This document shows positions 1 to 9,727 of a stretch of DNA of 64,000 bases, piece by piece. Each line of letters starts with the position of its first letter. The stretch's first letter is position 1. This DNA is from Candidatus Poribacteria bacterium. GTDB lineage: Bacteria; Poribacteria; WGA-4E; WGA-3G. The stretch spans positions 352,001 through 416,000 of the forward strand of contig CAXXUA010000013.1 in assembly GCA_963663765.2 (NCBI GenBank). Direction: 5' to 3'. Made by a program: the position numbers and the translations under genes. The notes beneath the pieces were generated by a model. That model was not told the origin of the DNA. It saw only the letters and a list, made by a program, of their open reading frames with translations, and did not search any database.

Positions 1-153
1 CAAGCAAGACATTCAGAGTATAATTACATGTAATATTACCACATCTATAAGGGAATTGCAACTAAAATCAGGTTTATGTCAGGGTTATTCAGTTTTAGGC
101 ATTTTAGCTGATTCCTGAGAAAATCACGACGAGTAGACTGTCTAGACTTATTT

Positions 154-235
154 TGTAGGTCAGGTAGAGGCACGAAACCCGAGATGTATTGATTGTTACT
201 ATCATGTCGGGTTTCGTGCCTCTACCCGACCTACA
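154..235. repeat. GTAG-type REP-like inverted repeat pair
   Basis: tgtaggtcaggtagaggcacgaaacccga ... tcgggtttcgtgcctctacccgacctaca form near-perfect inverted arms. Confidence 0.75.
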
Positions 236-335
236 ATGTAAGAGTAGACAATCCATTAGGAGGTCGCTCCATACAAGCGTTTCATATTTGAAAAATCCGA
301 AAAATAGGAAAACTGAAAAACCCTGCACAAATAAG

Positions 336-364
336 TTGACAAAGTTCTATTCTTAAGGTATCCT
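336..364 (+). promoter_or_regulatory. sigma70-type promoter upstream of livG
   Basis: TTGACA-17 bp-TATCCT, ending 25 bp before the start codon. Confidence 0.55.
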
Positions 365-389
365 ATAAAAGAGCAAAACTGATTGGGAG

Positions 390-1208
390 ATGAAGATGTC
401 AACTATACCGAGAAGTATCCTTGAAACACGTGAGTTAAGTCGTCACTACGGTGGTGTAATCGCTTTGTCACAGGTAACAATGCGGGTACTCCCTGGCCAA
501 ATCTCCAGTTTGATTGGTCCAAACGGTGCAGGAAAAACAACACTCTTTAACTGTGTTACGAGTTTAGATAAACCTACGCTGGGGAATGTCAACTTTTTAG
601 GGAAACGTATTACTGGTCTACGTCCAGATGAGGTTACGGGTCTTGGTATTGCCCGTACATTCCAAAATATTAGGTTGTTTACAGATCTAACGGTTTTGGA
701 CAACGTAAAAATCGGGAGACACCTTCTAAATGATTATGTAGAATCATTTCGGACTCGTGCCTTCAGTGCTTTCGTCGGTGCAGTATTTCAAACAAAGATA
801 CAGCAGCAAGAAGAACAACAGATTACCGAATTCGCAAAAGAGATGCTTAATTTTGTTGGATTAGGAGATGTTAGTAACCAAACAGCGGGTAATCTTTCAT
901 ACGGAGACCAACGTCGCGTTGAGATTGCCAGAGCTTTAGCAACGGGACCGTCACTACTTCTTCTTGACGAACCCGCTGCAGGAATGAACCCGCAAGAGAC
1001 GCAAGAACTTATCTCTCTAATTTATACCATACGGGATCAAGGTATTTCAGTGCTGTTGATTGAACACGATATGAAAGTTGTTATGCAGATATCTGACTGG
1101 GTGACTGTATTAGACCATGGTGAGAAAATCAGTGAGGGACAACCCGCAGATGTGCAAAACGATGAACGTGTCATAGAAGCTTATTTAGGAACATCCGAAG
1201 ATGCTTGA
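390..1208 (+). CDS. livG: branched-chain amino acid ABC transporter ATP-binding protein
   Basis: Walker A GPNGAGKTT, GIARTFQNIRLF, LSYGDQRRVEIARALA, LLLDEPAAG, C-terminal VIEAYLG. Confidence 0.92.
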   Translation: MKMSTIPRSILETRELSRHYGGVIALSQVTMRVLPGQISSLIGPNGAGKTTLFNCVTSLDKPTLGNVNFLGKRITGLRPDEVTGLGIARTFQNIRLFTDLTVLDNVKIGRHLLNDYVESFRTRAFSAFVGAVFQTKIQQQEEQQITEFAKEMLNFVGLGDVSNQTAGNLSYGDQRRVEIARALATGPSLLLLDEPAAGMNPQETQELISLIYTIRDQGISVLLIEHDMKVVMQISDWVTVLDHGEKISEGQPADVQNDERVIEAYLGTSEDA

Positions 1209-1905
1209 ACTTAGAGATATCCACACATACTATGGAAATATCCGTGCTGTACGAGGTATTACTGTTAAGGTAAACGCTGGCGAAAAAGTTTGCATGATTG
1301 GCGCAAACGGTGCTGGTAAATCTACAACATTGATGACGATTTCAGGAGTACATAAGCCTGTTGAAGGAAGTGTTTTCTTTGAAGGACAAGATATAACAGC
1401 TACCTCAGCAGAACAACGCGTTTCACTCGGTATATCGCAAGTGCCAGAAGGACGTTTGATTTTTCCTGAGATGTCGGTGCTTGAAAATCTTGAACTCGGT
1501 GCTTACATCCGAAAAGACACATCAGGAATTCACTCGGATCTTGACAAAATATTTGATTATTTTCCAATTCTTGCGACGCGTCGTAAACAGCGCGGTGGTA
1601 GCCTCAGTGGGGGAGAACAGCAGATGTTGGCGATTGGACGCTCCCTGATGTCAAATCCGAGACTCCTCCTCCTTGATGAACCCTCTTTAGGACTTGCCCC
1701 CTTGATTGTAAAACAGATCTTTGAAATTATACAACAGATAAACAAGGAGGGAACAACAATCCTTTTGGTTGAGCAGAACGCACAAATTGCTTTGAATGTA
1801 ACGGATAGAGGGTATGTGATGGAAACTGGTGAAATCACGATTTCAGGTACCTCTGATGACCTATTAGCAGATGAACGTGTAAGGCAAGCGTATCTCGGGG
1901 AATAA
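1201..1905 (+). CDS. livF: branched-chain amino acid ABC transporter ATP-binding protein
   Basis: GANGAGKST, VPEGRLIF, LSGGEQQMLAIGR, LLLDEPSLGLAP, VEQNA; overlaps livG stop. Confidence 0.93.
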   Translation: MLELRDIHTYYGNIRAVRGITVKVNAGEKVCMIGANGAGKSTTLMTISGVHKPVEGSVFFEGQDITATSAEQRVSLGISQVPEGRLIFPEMSVLENLELGAYIRKDTSGIHSDLDKIFDYFPILATRRKQRGGSLSGGEQQMLAIGRSLMSNPRLLLLDEPSLGLAPLIVKQIFEIIQQINKEGTTILLVEQNAQIALNVTDRGYVMETGEITISGTSDDLLADERVRQAYLGE

Positions 1906-1910
1906 TCTGA

Positions 1911-2762
1911 ATGTACCCAACTCTGCTTGATTTCGGAACAATCTTTTCCATTCCCATCGGAATCCATAGTTATGGTGTTATGTTAGCCACTGCCTTCATT
2001 ACATGTAGTGTGTTTATACAACGTGAATTGAATCGACGAGGGTTTCAGGGAGATATAGCCACAACGATAGTCGTTGGGGGTGCGATTGGTGGGATAATTG
2101 GTGCAAAAATCTACTATGTACTATTTGTTGCATCAGCGTTTTCAATTCGAGAAATATTTAGTCCTACTGGTTTAGTATGGTATGGTGGTTTAATCGGTGG
2201 GAGTGTTGCTGTTGGTTGGGTTGTTCACCGTTCTCCAAATCCGTTTCTACCGTCCGTTGATGTCATCGGTCCCTTACTCCTACTCGGATACGGTATTGGT
2301 CGTATAGGGTGTTTACTTGCAGGTGACGGTGACTATGGTCCCGCTTCAGACCTACCTTGGGCAATGGCATTCCCAAATGGCACTGTTCCCACAGTTGTAC
2401 CTGTTCATCCAACACCTATCTATGAGACTTCCATGTCCTTGATTTTCTTCGGTATCCTCTGGTCTCAAAGGAAAAGAACTACATCAATCCCAGGACTGCT
2501 TTTTGGTGCGAGTCTTGTTCTGCTTGCCGTGGAGAGGTTTATCGCAGAATTTTGGAGATTGACACCACGTGTGTTCCCTACTGACCACGCAATGTCATGG
2601 CTGACATCCCCGCAGGTAGTAAGTGTTATCTTATTCTGGTTTGGTGTCGTCTTTATTTATGGGATGTATCAACGTCCAAGAGTTGCTGTTGATACTGAAG
2701 TGCCAATTCCGGGACCTGAAAAAGAGACCCCGCGTCTGCCAAAACGTAGACGGCGGCGATAA
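1911..2762 (+). CDS. lgt: prolipoprotein diacylglyceryl transferase
   Basis: MYPTL, IHSYG, GLVWYGGLIGG, IGRIGC..GDGDYG, HPTPIYE, RFIAEFWR; multiple TM helices. Confidence 0.9.
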   Translation: MYPTLLDFGTIFSIPIGIHSYGVMLATAFITCSVFIQRELNRRGFQGDIATTIVVGGAIGGIIGAKIYYVLFVASAFSIREIFSPTGLVWYGGLIGGSVAVGWVVHRSPNPFLPSVDVIGPLLLLGYGIGRIGCLLAGDGDYGPASDLPWAMAFPNGTVPTVVPVHPTPIYETSMSLIFFGILWSQRKRTTSIPGLLFGASLVLLAVERFIAEFWRLTPRVFPTDHAMSWLTSPQVVSVILFWFGVVFIYGMYQRPRVAVDTEVPIPGPEKETPRLPKRRRRR

Positions 2763-2807
2763 ATCTATTGTAGAATATTGGACAAATATGTTCTATTTTA
2801 TTTCACC

Positions 2808-4070
2808 TTACACCCGTATCTGACCATCCCCATAGATTACATACTTATAACTTGTCAATCCTTCAAGTCCCATAGGTCCGCGAGAGTGAAGTTTCTGTGT
2901 GCTGATACCTACCTCTGCACCTAACCCAAATTCATAACCATCGGTGAAAACGGTGCTCGCATTGACATAGACCGCAGCAGAATCTACCTCTTTCAGAAAA
3001 CGTTGTGATGCTGAATAACTTTCGGTGATGATTGCATCAGAATGATGTGAACCGTAAGTTTCTATGTGGTCAATTGCTGTGTCTATGTTGTCCACTACAC
3101 GAATGGAGAGGATATAATCGAGATATTCTGTCCGCCAGTCATCTTCAGTTGCAGGTTTGGCATCAGTAATAATGTTCTGGGTTTTATCGCATCCCCGGAT
3201 TTCAACTTTCGCTTCATGCATCAATTCACAGAAGTTGGGAAGGAATTCCTTAGCAACATCGGTATGCACGAGAAGTGTCTCTAATGCATTGCAGACAGCA
3301 ACCTTGTATCCTACCTTTGCATTCAGACAGATTTTGTTTGCCATGTCAAGGTCAGCAGCTGCATCTACATAGATATGACAGATACCGTCTGCATGTCCAA
3401 GTACCGGTATGTCAGATTCTCTCATCAAGAATTGGACAAATTCATTACTCCCACGTGGGATTACAAGATCAATATATTCTGGTAGACGAATAAGTTCATA
3501 GACTGCTTGTCTGTCTGTTGTGTCTACAAACTGGATTGCATCAGGTACACCTTCTGCTTCGGCAGTATCGCTGATGATTCTTGCCAGAATTGTGTTGGAT
3601 TTGATCGCTTCTGAACCACCCCGAAGAATCACACCGTTTCCTGATTTGATACATAGTGCCGACACCTCAACGGTCACATCAGGACGGGACTCATATACGA
3701 CACCGACTACACCGATGGGAACACGCACAGTACCGATTTTGAGGCCGTTGGGACGTTCTCCCATGCTGATAATCTCACCAATAGGGTCAGGAAGTGCGGC
3801 AACCTGCCTTAAGTTATCCGCCATCCGCACAATTTTCTTATCGTCAATCAGTAGACGTTGCAATAATGGCGTAGCGAGACCTGTTTTTTCAGCATTATCA
3901 AGGTCAGAAAGGTTAGCTTCTTGTATTTCGTCCTCGGCGTTTAGGATGTTTTCAGACATCTTTAGCAGTGTACTATTACGTATGTCAGCGGAGCTGCGTG
4001 ACAATATACGCATACCTGCTTTTGCTTTCTTTGCTTTTGCTCTGATCATCTTCTGGATGTTTTCGTTCAT
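2808..4070 (-). CDS. proA: glutamate-5-semialdehyde dehydrogenase
   Basis: VPIGVVGVVYESRP, LRGGSEA, IPRG, VCNALETLLVH, GAEVGISTQKLHSRGPMGL. Confidence 0.96.
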   Translation of the reverse strand: MNENIQKMIRAKAKKAKAGMRILSRSSADIRNSTLLKMSENILNAEDEIQEANLSDLDNAEKTGLATPLLQRLLIDDKKIVRMADNLRQVAALPDPIGEIISMGERPNGLKIGTVRVPIGVVGVVYESRPDVTVEVSALCIKSGNGVILRGGSEAIKSNTILARIISDTAEAEGVPDAIQFVDTTDRQAVYELIRLPEYIDLVIPRGSNEFVQFLMRESDIPVLGHADGICHIYVDAAADLDMANKICLNAKVGYKVAVCNALETLLVHTDVAKEFLPNFCELMHEAKVEIRGCDKTQNIITDAKPATEDDWRTEYLDYILSIRVVDNIDTAIDHIETYGSHHSDAIITESYSASQRFLKEVDSAAVYVNASTVFTDGYEFGLGAEVGISTQKLHSRGPMGLEGLTSYKYVIYGDGQIRV

Positions 4071-4138
4071 TCTCGATTTCCTTTGATGTGTTGGATTGAG
4101 ACATTACTTTACAACGTTTCCAACAAGTTTACTTGAGT

Positions 4139-5335
4139 TCAGTTTAGAAGCACAAGATTATCTCTATGTATAATTTCATCGTAATCGTGATATCCGAGTA
4201 TTTCTTTTATGTCCTGTGTTTGTTTACCAGCAAGTTTTGAAGTCTCTGTTGAGTTATAGTTTATCAGACCTCGCGCGATTTCCAAACCATCCTCTGTGAA
4301 ACATGAGACTGTATCGCTGTAATTAAAATGTCCCTCTACGCGACGAATACCCGCGGGCAACAGACTTTTCCCTCCTTGCATGAGTGCGTCATGCGCGCCG
4401 TTATCTACAACAAGGTAGCCTTGGGGTGGACGGGAATAGGCGATCCAACGTTTACGACCAGAGATTCGCGTGTTAGGAAGGAATAGCGTGCCAATTAGTT
4501 CACTTGAGAGAATACGTGTGACAATCATAGGTTCTCGACCATAAGCAATTAACACCATTTCACCAGAGGATGTAACGATTTCTGCTGCTCGTAGTTTTGT
4601 AACCATGCCACCAGTACCAGTTGCAGAACCAGCATTGCCAGCAGCTTGCCAAAGTTCTTCAGAAATAGAGTCAACTGTATGGATTAATTCCACATCTGGA
4701 TTATGTCTTGGATCTGCGGTGAAAAAACCTTGTTGGTCGGAAAGGATGATGAGCAGGTCGGCTTGGGTAAGGTTGGTAACATAAGCTGAAAGTGTGTCGT
4801 TGTCACCGACCTTAATTTCGTCAACAGCAACACTGTCATTTTCGTTGATAATCGGTATCGCACCGAGTTGAAGCAATTTCTGTATAGCATCGTTCATTCG
4901 GGTGTAACGTTTCCTATCGGAAAAGTCATCTTGAGTGAGTAAATGAGTGCTACATACTTGATTATAATTGCGGAAACGTTCTTCATAGGCAGCCATCAAC
5001 CGAATCTGTCCAACAGCAGCAGATGCCTGTAACTCGGGTAATGTCTGCGGTTTTGTGTTAAGACCAAGATAGGGCCAACCAGCTGCAATTGCACCCGATG
5101 TTACAAGTATGACTTCAATACCTTGCTGTTTGACTGTCGCTAAATCGTGAACAAGACCATCAAGTGCGGTTTCATTAATATGTAGATTGTCTGAAATTGT
5201 GCTGCTACCGACTTTTACGACAATTCGTTTGACATTGGTAAGACATTCACGGGTGTGAATTTGTCTTTTAGGATCCGTATTGTCGGTTTGTACAGACGTG
5301 TGAGTTTGCGTGAAAATCTCTTCTGAATTATTCAT
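4139..5335 (-). CDS. proB: glutamate 5-kinase with C-terminal PUA domain
   Basis: RIVVKVGSS, VTSGAIAAG, PIINENDSV, GDNDTLSA, GTGGMVTKL, SLLPAGI, IHRDNLV. Confidence 0.96.
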   Translation of the reverse strand: MNNSEEIFTQTHTSVQTDNTDPKRQIHTRECLTNVKRIVVKVGSSTISDNLHINETALDGLVHDLATVKQQGIEVILVTSGAIAAGWPYLGLNTKPQTLPELQASAAVGQIRLMAAYEERFRNYNQVCSTHLLTQDDFSDRKRYTRMNDAIQKLLQLGAIPIINENDSVAVDEIKVGDNDTLSAYVTNLTQADLLIILSDQQGFFTADPRHNPDVELIHTVDSISEELWQAAGNAGSATGTGGMVTKLRAAEIVTSSGEMVLIAYGREPMIVTRILSSELIGTLFLPNTRISGRKRWIAYSRPPQGYLVVDNGAHDALMQGGKSLLPAGIRRVEGHFNYSDTVSCFTEDGLEIARGLINYNSTETSKLAGKQTQDIKEILGYHDYDEIIHRDNLVLLN

Positions 5336-5346
5336 CCTATTTTACT

Positions 5347-6639
5347 TCACTTGATTTTTCTTGGATTATAAGTGAATTCAAATTCATCAATCCGAATTGT
5401 ATCACCCTCTTTGACGCCTGCACGGGTTAATGCGTTTATTACTCCCATCTTTTTTAGTTTTCTAAACAATAGAATCAGTGCCTGTTCGTTTTCCATGTCA
5501 GTCATCACGACAGCGCGTTTCGGTTCAGTTCCACTAACGATAAATCCTTCTGTGGTATTCTCAAGTTCAAAACGGACTCGAGGTTCTGGTGGTAGTGTTT
5601 CTTCGTAGGTAATCGTTGTATCCGCTTCTTTCCGTGCTTTTTCTTCAAGGTAGAGTAAGGAACGGTTTGCCTGTTGCATTAACGTATCAACACCTTGTCC
5701 TGTAATAGCAGAGATAGGAAAGACCTTTCTCTTACCAAAATAGGTTTGGACTCGTTCTAAATTCGTTCCAGCTTCGGGTGTATCAATTTTATTGAGTGCA
5801 ATTAGTTGGGGTAGGTCAGTCAATTTGGGATTGTAGTGACCGAGTTCAAGGTTTAATTGTTCATAGTCTTTGATAGGGTCTCTTCCATCTGCTGCGCTTA
5901 GGTCTATAACATGGATCAACATTTTTGTGCGCTCAATGTGTCGGAGAAACTGATGACCTAAACCAGCACCTTTATGTGCCCCTTCAATCAAACCTGGAAT
6001 ATCTGCAAGGACAAAATTATGGTCTTGGTCAATGCGGACGACACCTAGGTTTGGGATTAGTGTTGTGAAGGGGTAGGATGCGATTTTTGGCGTTGCAGCA
6101 GAGGTTCGTGCAAGGAGTGTGGATTTACCAGCATTGGGGTAGCCAACTAACCCCACATCAGCAATGACTTTGACTTCAAGTCTAATCTCCCGTTCTTCCC
6201 CTGGTTCGCCTAATTCTGCGACACGTGGCACTTGAAAAGTGCTGCTTTTAAAACGTGAATTGCCTTTTCCACCAATACCACCGCCTGCTGCTATAACTGT
6301 CTGACCAGGTTCTGCCAAATCCGCAAGTAATTCATCTGTGTCATAATCTTTGACTATAGTACCGACTGGTACTTTTATGATTCGATCATCACCATCGGCT
6401 CCAGCCCGTTGTTTGCCAGTACCGTGTTTTCCGTTTTCTGCGACTTGACGTGGGTTATGGCGTAAATCTATCAGGGTACTTATGCCAAGTGTTGCAATGA
6501 GAATTACGTTGCCGCCGTTTCCTCCATCGCCACCATCGGGACCACCGCGAGGTACAAATTTCTCACGACGAAAACTGATACAACCATTACCACCGTTGCC
6601 AGCTTTGATTAGAATTCTTGCTGTATCCATATACGTCAC
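5347..6639 (-). CDS. obgE: GTPase Obg/CgtA
   Basis: FRREKFVPRGGPDGGDGG, GYPNAGKSTLL, YPFTTL, DIPGLIEGAH, NKID. Confidence 0.96.
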   Translation of the reverse strand: MTYMDTARILIKAGNGGNGCISFRREKFVPRGGPDGGDGGNGGNVILIATLGISTLIDLRHNPRQVAENGKHGTGKQRAGADGDDRIIKVPVGTIVKDYDTDELLADLAEPGQTVIAAGGGIGGKGNSRFKSSTFQVPRVAELGEPGEEREIRLEVKVIADVGLVGYPNAGKSTLLARTSAATPKIASYPFTTLIPNLGVVRIDQDHNFVLADIPGLIEGAHKGAGLGHQFLRHIERTKMLIHVIDLSAADGRDPIKDYEQLNLELGHYNPKLTDLPQLIALNKIDTPEAGTNLERVQTYFGKRKVFPISAITGQGVDTLMQQANRSLLYLEEKARKEADTTITYEETLPPEPRVRFELENTTEGFIVSGTEPKRAVVMTDMENEQALILLFRKLKKMGVINALTRAGVKEGDTIRIDEFEFTYNPRKIK

Positions 6640-6679
6640 ACTTCAGAAGCAGAATTCATATTTACTCTTTACCTTACTA

Positions 6680-8404
6680 CTAATCCCATCTGTATTGGTT
6701 GTTATGATCAGGATCATAACCTTCGTCATCCCAATCTTTCATGCTAATTTCTTTCATGATGTTGAATTTTTGTGTCTGGCCAGAGTACATCCCGTCTTTC
6801 CAGACAATAGTAATCGTTAATTTTTCCGCACTTGTTTTAACGAAAAACTGTACGCTATAATCATTTCCGTCTGCCCCGCAGGGTACATCGTTATAGTCAT
6901 CACGGTAGTCTTGACCCAACTCACGCGTGTCTTCAGTATCAAGGGGAGGTGAAAGACCGATACGTTCGTCTGTGCAGGGACCTCTTGTTTGGCTAAAACT
7001 TTGTATCTCACCAGCATCCACCTTAAAGGTAAACCCGTAATCATCTCTATATTCTGTAATCGGATCGTCAACTGAAGCTGGACCAGTCAGCGGGTCCATC
7101 GGATACATGCCTAATCCACGCGGATTGTCTTCCACACCATTGTTGTCGTCGTCTTTCACATAGTTGTGAGGGTAGTATATCCAAACTAACCATCCGTCTA
7201 CCATCATGGGGTCGTGAGGATCGTCATCAGCGTGACCATAAACAAGGTGTGACAACACATTGTCTGGAGGATTGTGGCCACTTGGGTTAGGATTAGGCGT
7301 TGGTGTTCGACCGCCAACGTTGTTGTTATTGCCCCCGTTGTTGTTATTACCTCCGTTGTTCTCATTACCCCCGTTGTTCTCATTACCCCCGTTGTTCTCA
7401 TTGCCTCCGTTGTTCTCATTGCCTCCGTTGTTCTCATTACCCCCGTTGTTCTCATTACCCCCGTTGTTCTCATTACCCCCGTTGTTCTCATTGCCCCCGT
7501 TGTTCTCATTGCCTCCGTTGTTCTCATTACCTCCGTTGTTCTCATTGCCTCCGTTGTTGTTATTGCCCCCGTTGTTGTTATTGCCCCCGTTGTTGTTATT
7601 GCCTCCGTTGTTCTCATTGCCTCCGTTGTTCTCATTGCCTCCGTTGTTCTCATTGCCCCCGTTGTTCTCATTGCCCCCGTTGTTGTTATTACCCCCGTTG
7701 TTCTCATTACCCCCGTTGTTCTCATTGCCCCCGTTGTTGTTATTACCCCCGTTGTTCTCATTACCCCCGTTGTTCTCATTGCCCCCGTTGTTGTTATTGC
7801 CCCCGTTGTTCTCATTGCCCCCGTTGTTCTCATTGCCCCCGTTGTTCTCATTGCCCCCGTTGTTCTCATTACCCCCGTTGTTCCCATTATTTCCGTTGTT
7901 CCCATTATTTCCGTTGTTCCCATTATTTCCATTGTTCCCATTATTTCCATTGTTCCCGCCGTTGTTATCTCCTTTACCTGTGTTCTCTCCACCAGTTTCA
8001 GTAGGTTTTTCACCACCCCCTGTTATTTGGTCTCTAATATCAGAGGTATCCATTTCCTTTTCTGCACGTAATACCATTTGATCTCTATAATAAAAGACAT
8101 AAACAATACTTGTGTGATAAATATGAATTATTGGTATATCACTATTTTTGTTTTTTGGAACAAGTGTGATACATTTAGATTCGTACCCATTGTCAATGCA
8201 GACATATTCTGGATTAGAGTAGTTTAGATATTGGTCAACATCTCCTGGTTGCAACATTGAACCTGTAAATGGATTGTCAGAACAACCTGAGACACCGAGT
8301 AGAATAATACCAATAGTCCCTAAAAATAAAAAAAAACATCTCGTTAGAGTTTTAGTAGAAAATTGATATAGCATCCTATTATTTCTATATTTCTTTTTAT
8401 TCAT
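6680..8404 (-). CDS. putative lipoprotein with long Asn/Gly-rich tandem repeat
   Basis: hydrophobic stretch followed by VSGC lipobox-like motif; about 31 x GGN(E/N)NN plus NNG repeats; paralogous to the adjacent upstream ORF. Confidence 0.7.
   Translation of the reverse strand: MNKKKYRNNRMLYQFSTKTLTRCFFLFLGTIGIILLGVSGCSDNPFTGSMLQPGDVDQYLNYSNPEYVCIDNGYESKCITLVPKNKNSDIPIIHIYHTSIVYVFYYRDQMVLRAEKEMDTSDIRDQITGGGEKPTETGGENTGKGDNNGGNNGNNGNNGNNGNNGNNGNNGNNGNNGGNENNGGNENNGGNENNGGNENNGGNNNNGGNENNGGNENNGGNNNNGGNENNGGNENNGGNNNNGGNENNGGNENNGGNENNGGNENNGGNNNNGGNNNNGGNNNNGGNENNGGNENNGGNENNGGNENNGGNENNGGNENNGGNENNGGNENNGGNENNGGNENNGGNENNGGNNNNGGNNNNVGGRTPTPNPNPSGHNPPDNVLSHLVYGHADDDPHDPMMVDGWLVWIYYPHNYVKDDDNNGVEDNPRGLGMYPMDPLTGPASVDDPITEYRDDYGFTFKVDAGEIQSFSQTRGPCTDERIGLSPPLDTEDTRELGQDYRDDYNDVPCGADGNDYSVQFFVKTSAEKLTITIVWKDGMYSGQTQKFNIMKEISMKDWDDEGYDPDHNNQYRWD
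7320..7965. repeat. intragenic 18-bp (about 31 copies) and 9-bp tandem repeats
   Basis: unit ccgttgttctcatt(a/g)c(c/t) repeated, followed by ccattatttccgttgttc-type 9-mers. Confidence 0.95.
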
Positions 8405-8418
8405 GATGTATCTCCTTC

Positions 8419-9294
8419 CTACGGTTCATTGATGGGTTGTAATTGGAAGGTATATATATTCTCTTCTGATGCTACACCATCAGCTTTAATATAGAACATT
8501 GCTGTATAGTCTGGGACCAAACCATTTACATGAATTGTTATTTCTTTGCTCTCAGATTGAATAGTAAATTTAACCCCAGGGATGCCATTTGGTCCATCAA
8601 TTTGCAGGAAATTCTGAATTTCAAGATCGTCTTTCTTATCAGTAGCTAATTCCTTCCCTTCACCAATTCTTATGTCAAATCCACTGGTATCAGGTGTAGT
8701 ACCTCGGTCTGTTTCAGGAAAGTCTTCAGGATAATAGATCTCAATTATCCATTCTCCTGAGTCTTTTGAGGTATATCCGTTGTTTTCATTGTTATCTGGA
8801 GGCAATTGAAGTCTACCGGAATCTCTCAATTCCTGTATTAATTCAGTGGTATCCATAGCCTTTTCAGTACGTAGTATTGGACGGTTTTCGTAATAGAACA
8901 TAAAAACTACACTTGCAGGATGGATTTCAATGATTGGTGCAGGTGCAGGTGTTTCTTCTATCTCTATTTTTTTGAGACATATTGTATCAAACCCATCTTG
9001 AAGACAGACTGTGTCTTCACCAGTTGAACTCATATACCTATCAACATTATCAACAGTTAATACGGGTCCGGTATATGGTACATCTGAACAACCAATAATA
9101 CCTAAAAATAGAACAAATGCTGCACCAAGGAAGTGTATCTGTAGGAAGTTGATTTTTTTATTTTTGAAATTATGAAGCAAGTATATATTTTCAAGTTTAG
9201 CATCTTTTAACCATGTCAATACATTTTTATTTTCTACTGTGTTTTTTAAATGTTGGAAGGACACATCGTTTATTTTTTTTATATTATTTTCCAT
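8419..9294 (-). CDS. putative lipoprotein, paralog of 6680..8404
   Basis: IIGC lipobox-like motif; shares GCSD.P.TG, VC..DG/NG...C, PII.I...S.V..FYY, R.EK.MDT, W...IYYP; start placed at ATG 9294 behind AAGGA (ORF extends to 9339). Confidence 0.7.
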   Translation of the reverse strand: MENNIKKINDVSFQHLKNTVENKNVLTWLKDAKLENIYLLHNFKNKKINFLQIHFLGAAFVLFLGIIGCSDVPYTGPVLTVDNVDRYMSSTGEDTVCLQDGFDTICLKKIEIEETPAPAPIIEIHPASVVFMFYYENRPILRTEKAMDTTELIQELRDSGRLQLPPDNNENNGYTSKDSGEWIIEIYYPEDFPETDRGTTPDTSGFDIRIGEGKELATDKKDDLEIQNFLQIDGPNGIPGVKFTIQSESKEITIHVNGLVPDYTAMFYIKADGVASEENIYTFQLQPINEP

Positions 9295-9521
9295 CTTCTT
9301 TTCCTTTTCTCTTGAAAGACATGTCTGCAACATGAACATATTCCCTTGAAATCATACAATTCATAACGCTACAGCTGCAATTAGGTCTTTCTTTAATATC
9401 GCCAATTGAACGCATTTAGTCACTTGTATGTTTACTAAATTTATTTTGAACACAACTTTAATCCTTCCTATCACATCTATATCTGGTATTAGGAACACAA
9501 AGTTAACTTTCTACCCTTATT

Positions 9522-9689
9522 TCAGAAAATGTGTCCACATGACGAACAACTTGTATCATTAGAACGTAATGCTAATCCACAGTCAGGACAGATACGTTTT
9601 ATTCTAACATTGGTGATAATCCGAGATACCAATATAATTCCTAAGAAAATGAGGATGAGAAATAGAACTTCTCCTACACCAATATGCAT
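9522..9689 (-). CDS. 55-aa membrane-anchored zinc-ribbon protein (not in ORF track)
   Basis: hand translation MHIGVGEVLFLILIFLGIILVSRIITNVRIKRICPDCGLALRSNDTSCSSCGHIF; AAGGA RBS upstream; CxxC-x10-CxxC. Confidence 0.75.
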   Translation of the reverse strand: MHIGVGEVLFLILIFLGIILVSRIITNVRIKRICPDCGLALRSNDTSCSSCGHIF

Positions 9690-9727
9690 TTGTTTCCTTA
9701 GAAATTTGATTAATCAGTAGCGATGTA

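Noticed and set aside
3520-4086. Antisense ORFs over proA, and similar shadows over livF, leuC, leuS, rnj and others
   Set aside because: Opposite-strand shadows of well-supported genes with no motifs of their own.
7204-8081. Four long alternative-frame ORFs (TTGAMR, LFSLPP, VVLIAP, HCPRCS repeats)
   Set aside because: By-products of the stop-free 18-bp repeat; only the GGNENN frame joins non-repetitive domains homologous to the neighbouring gene.
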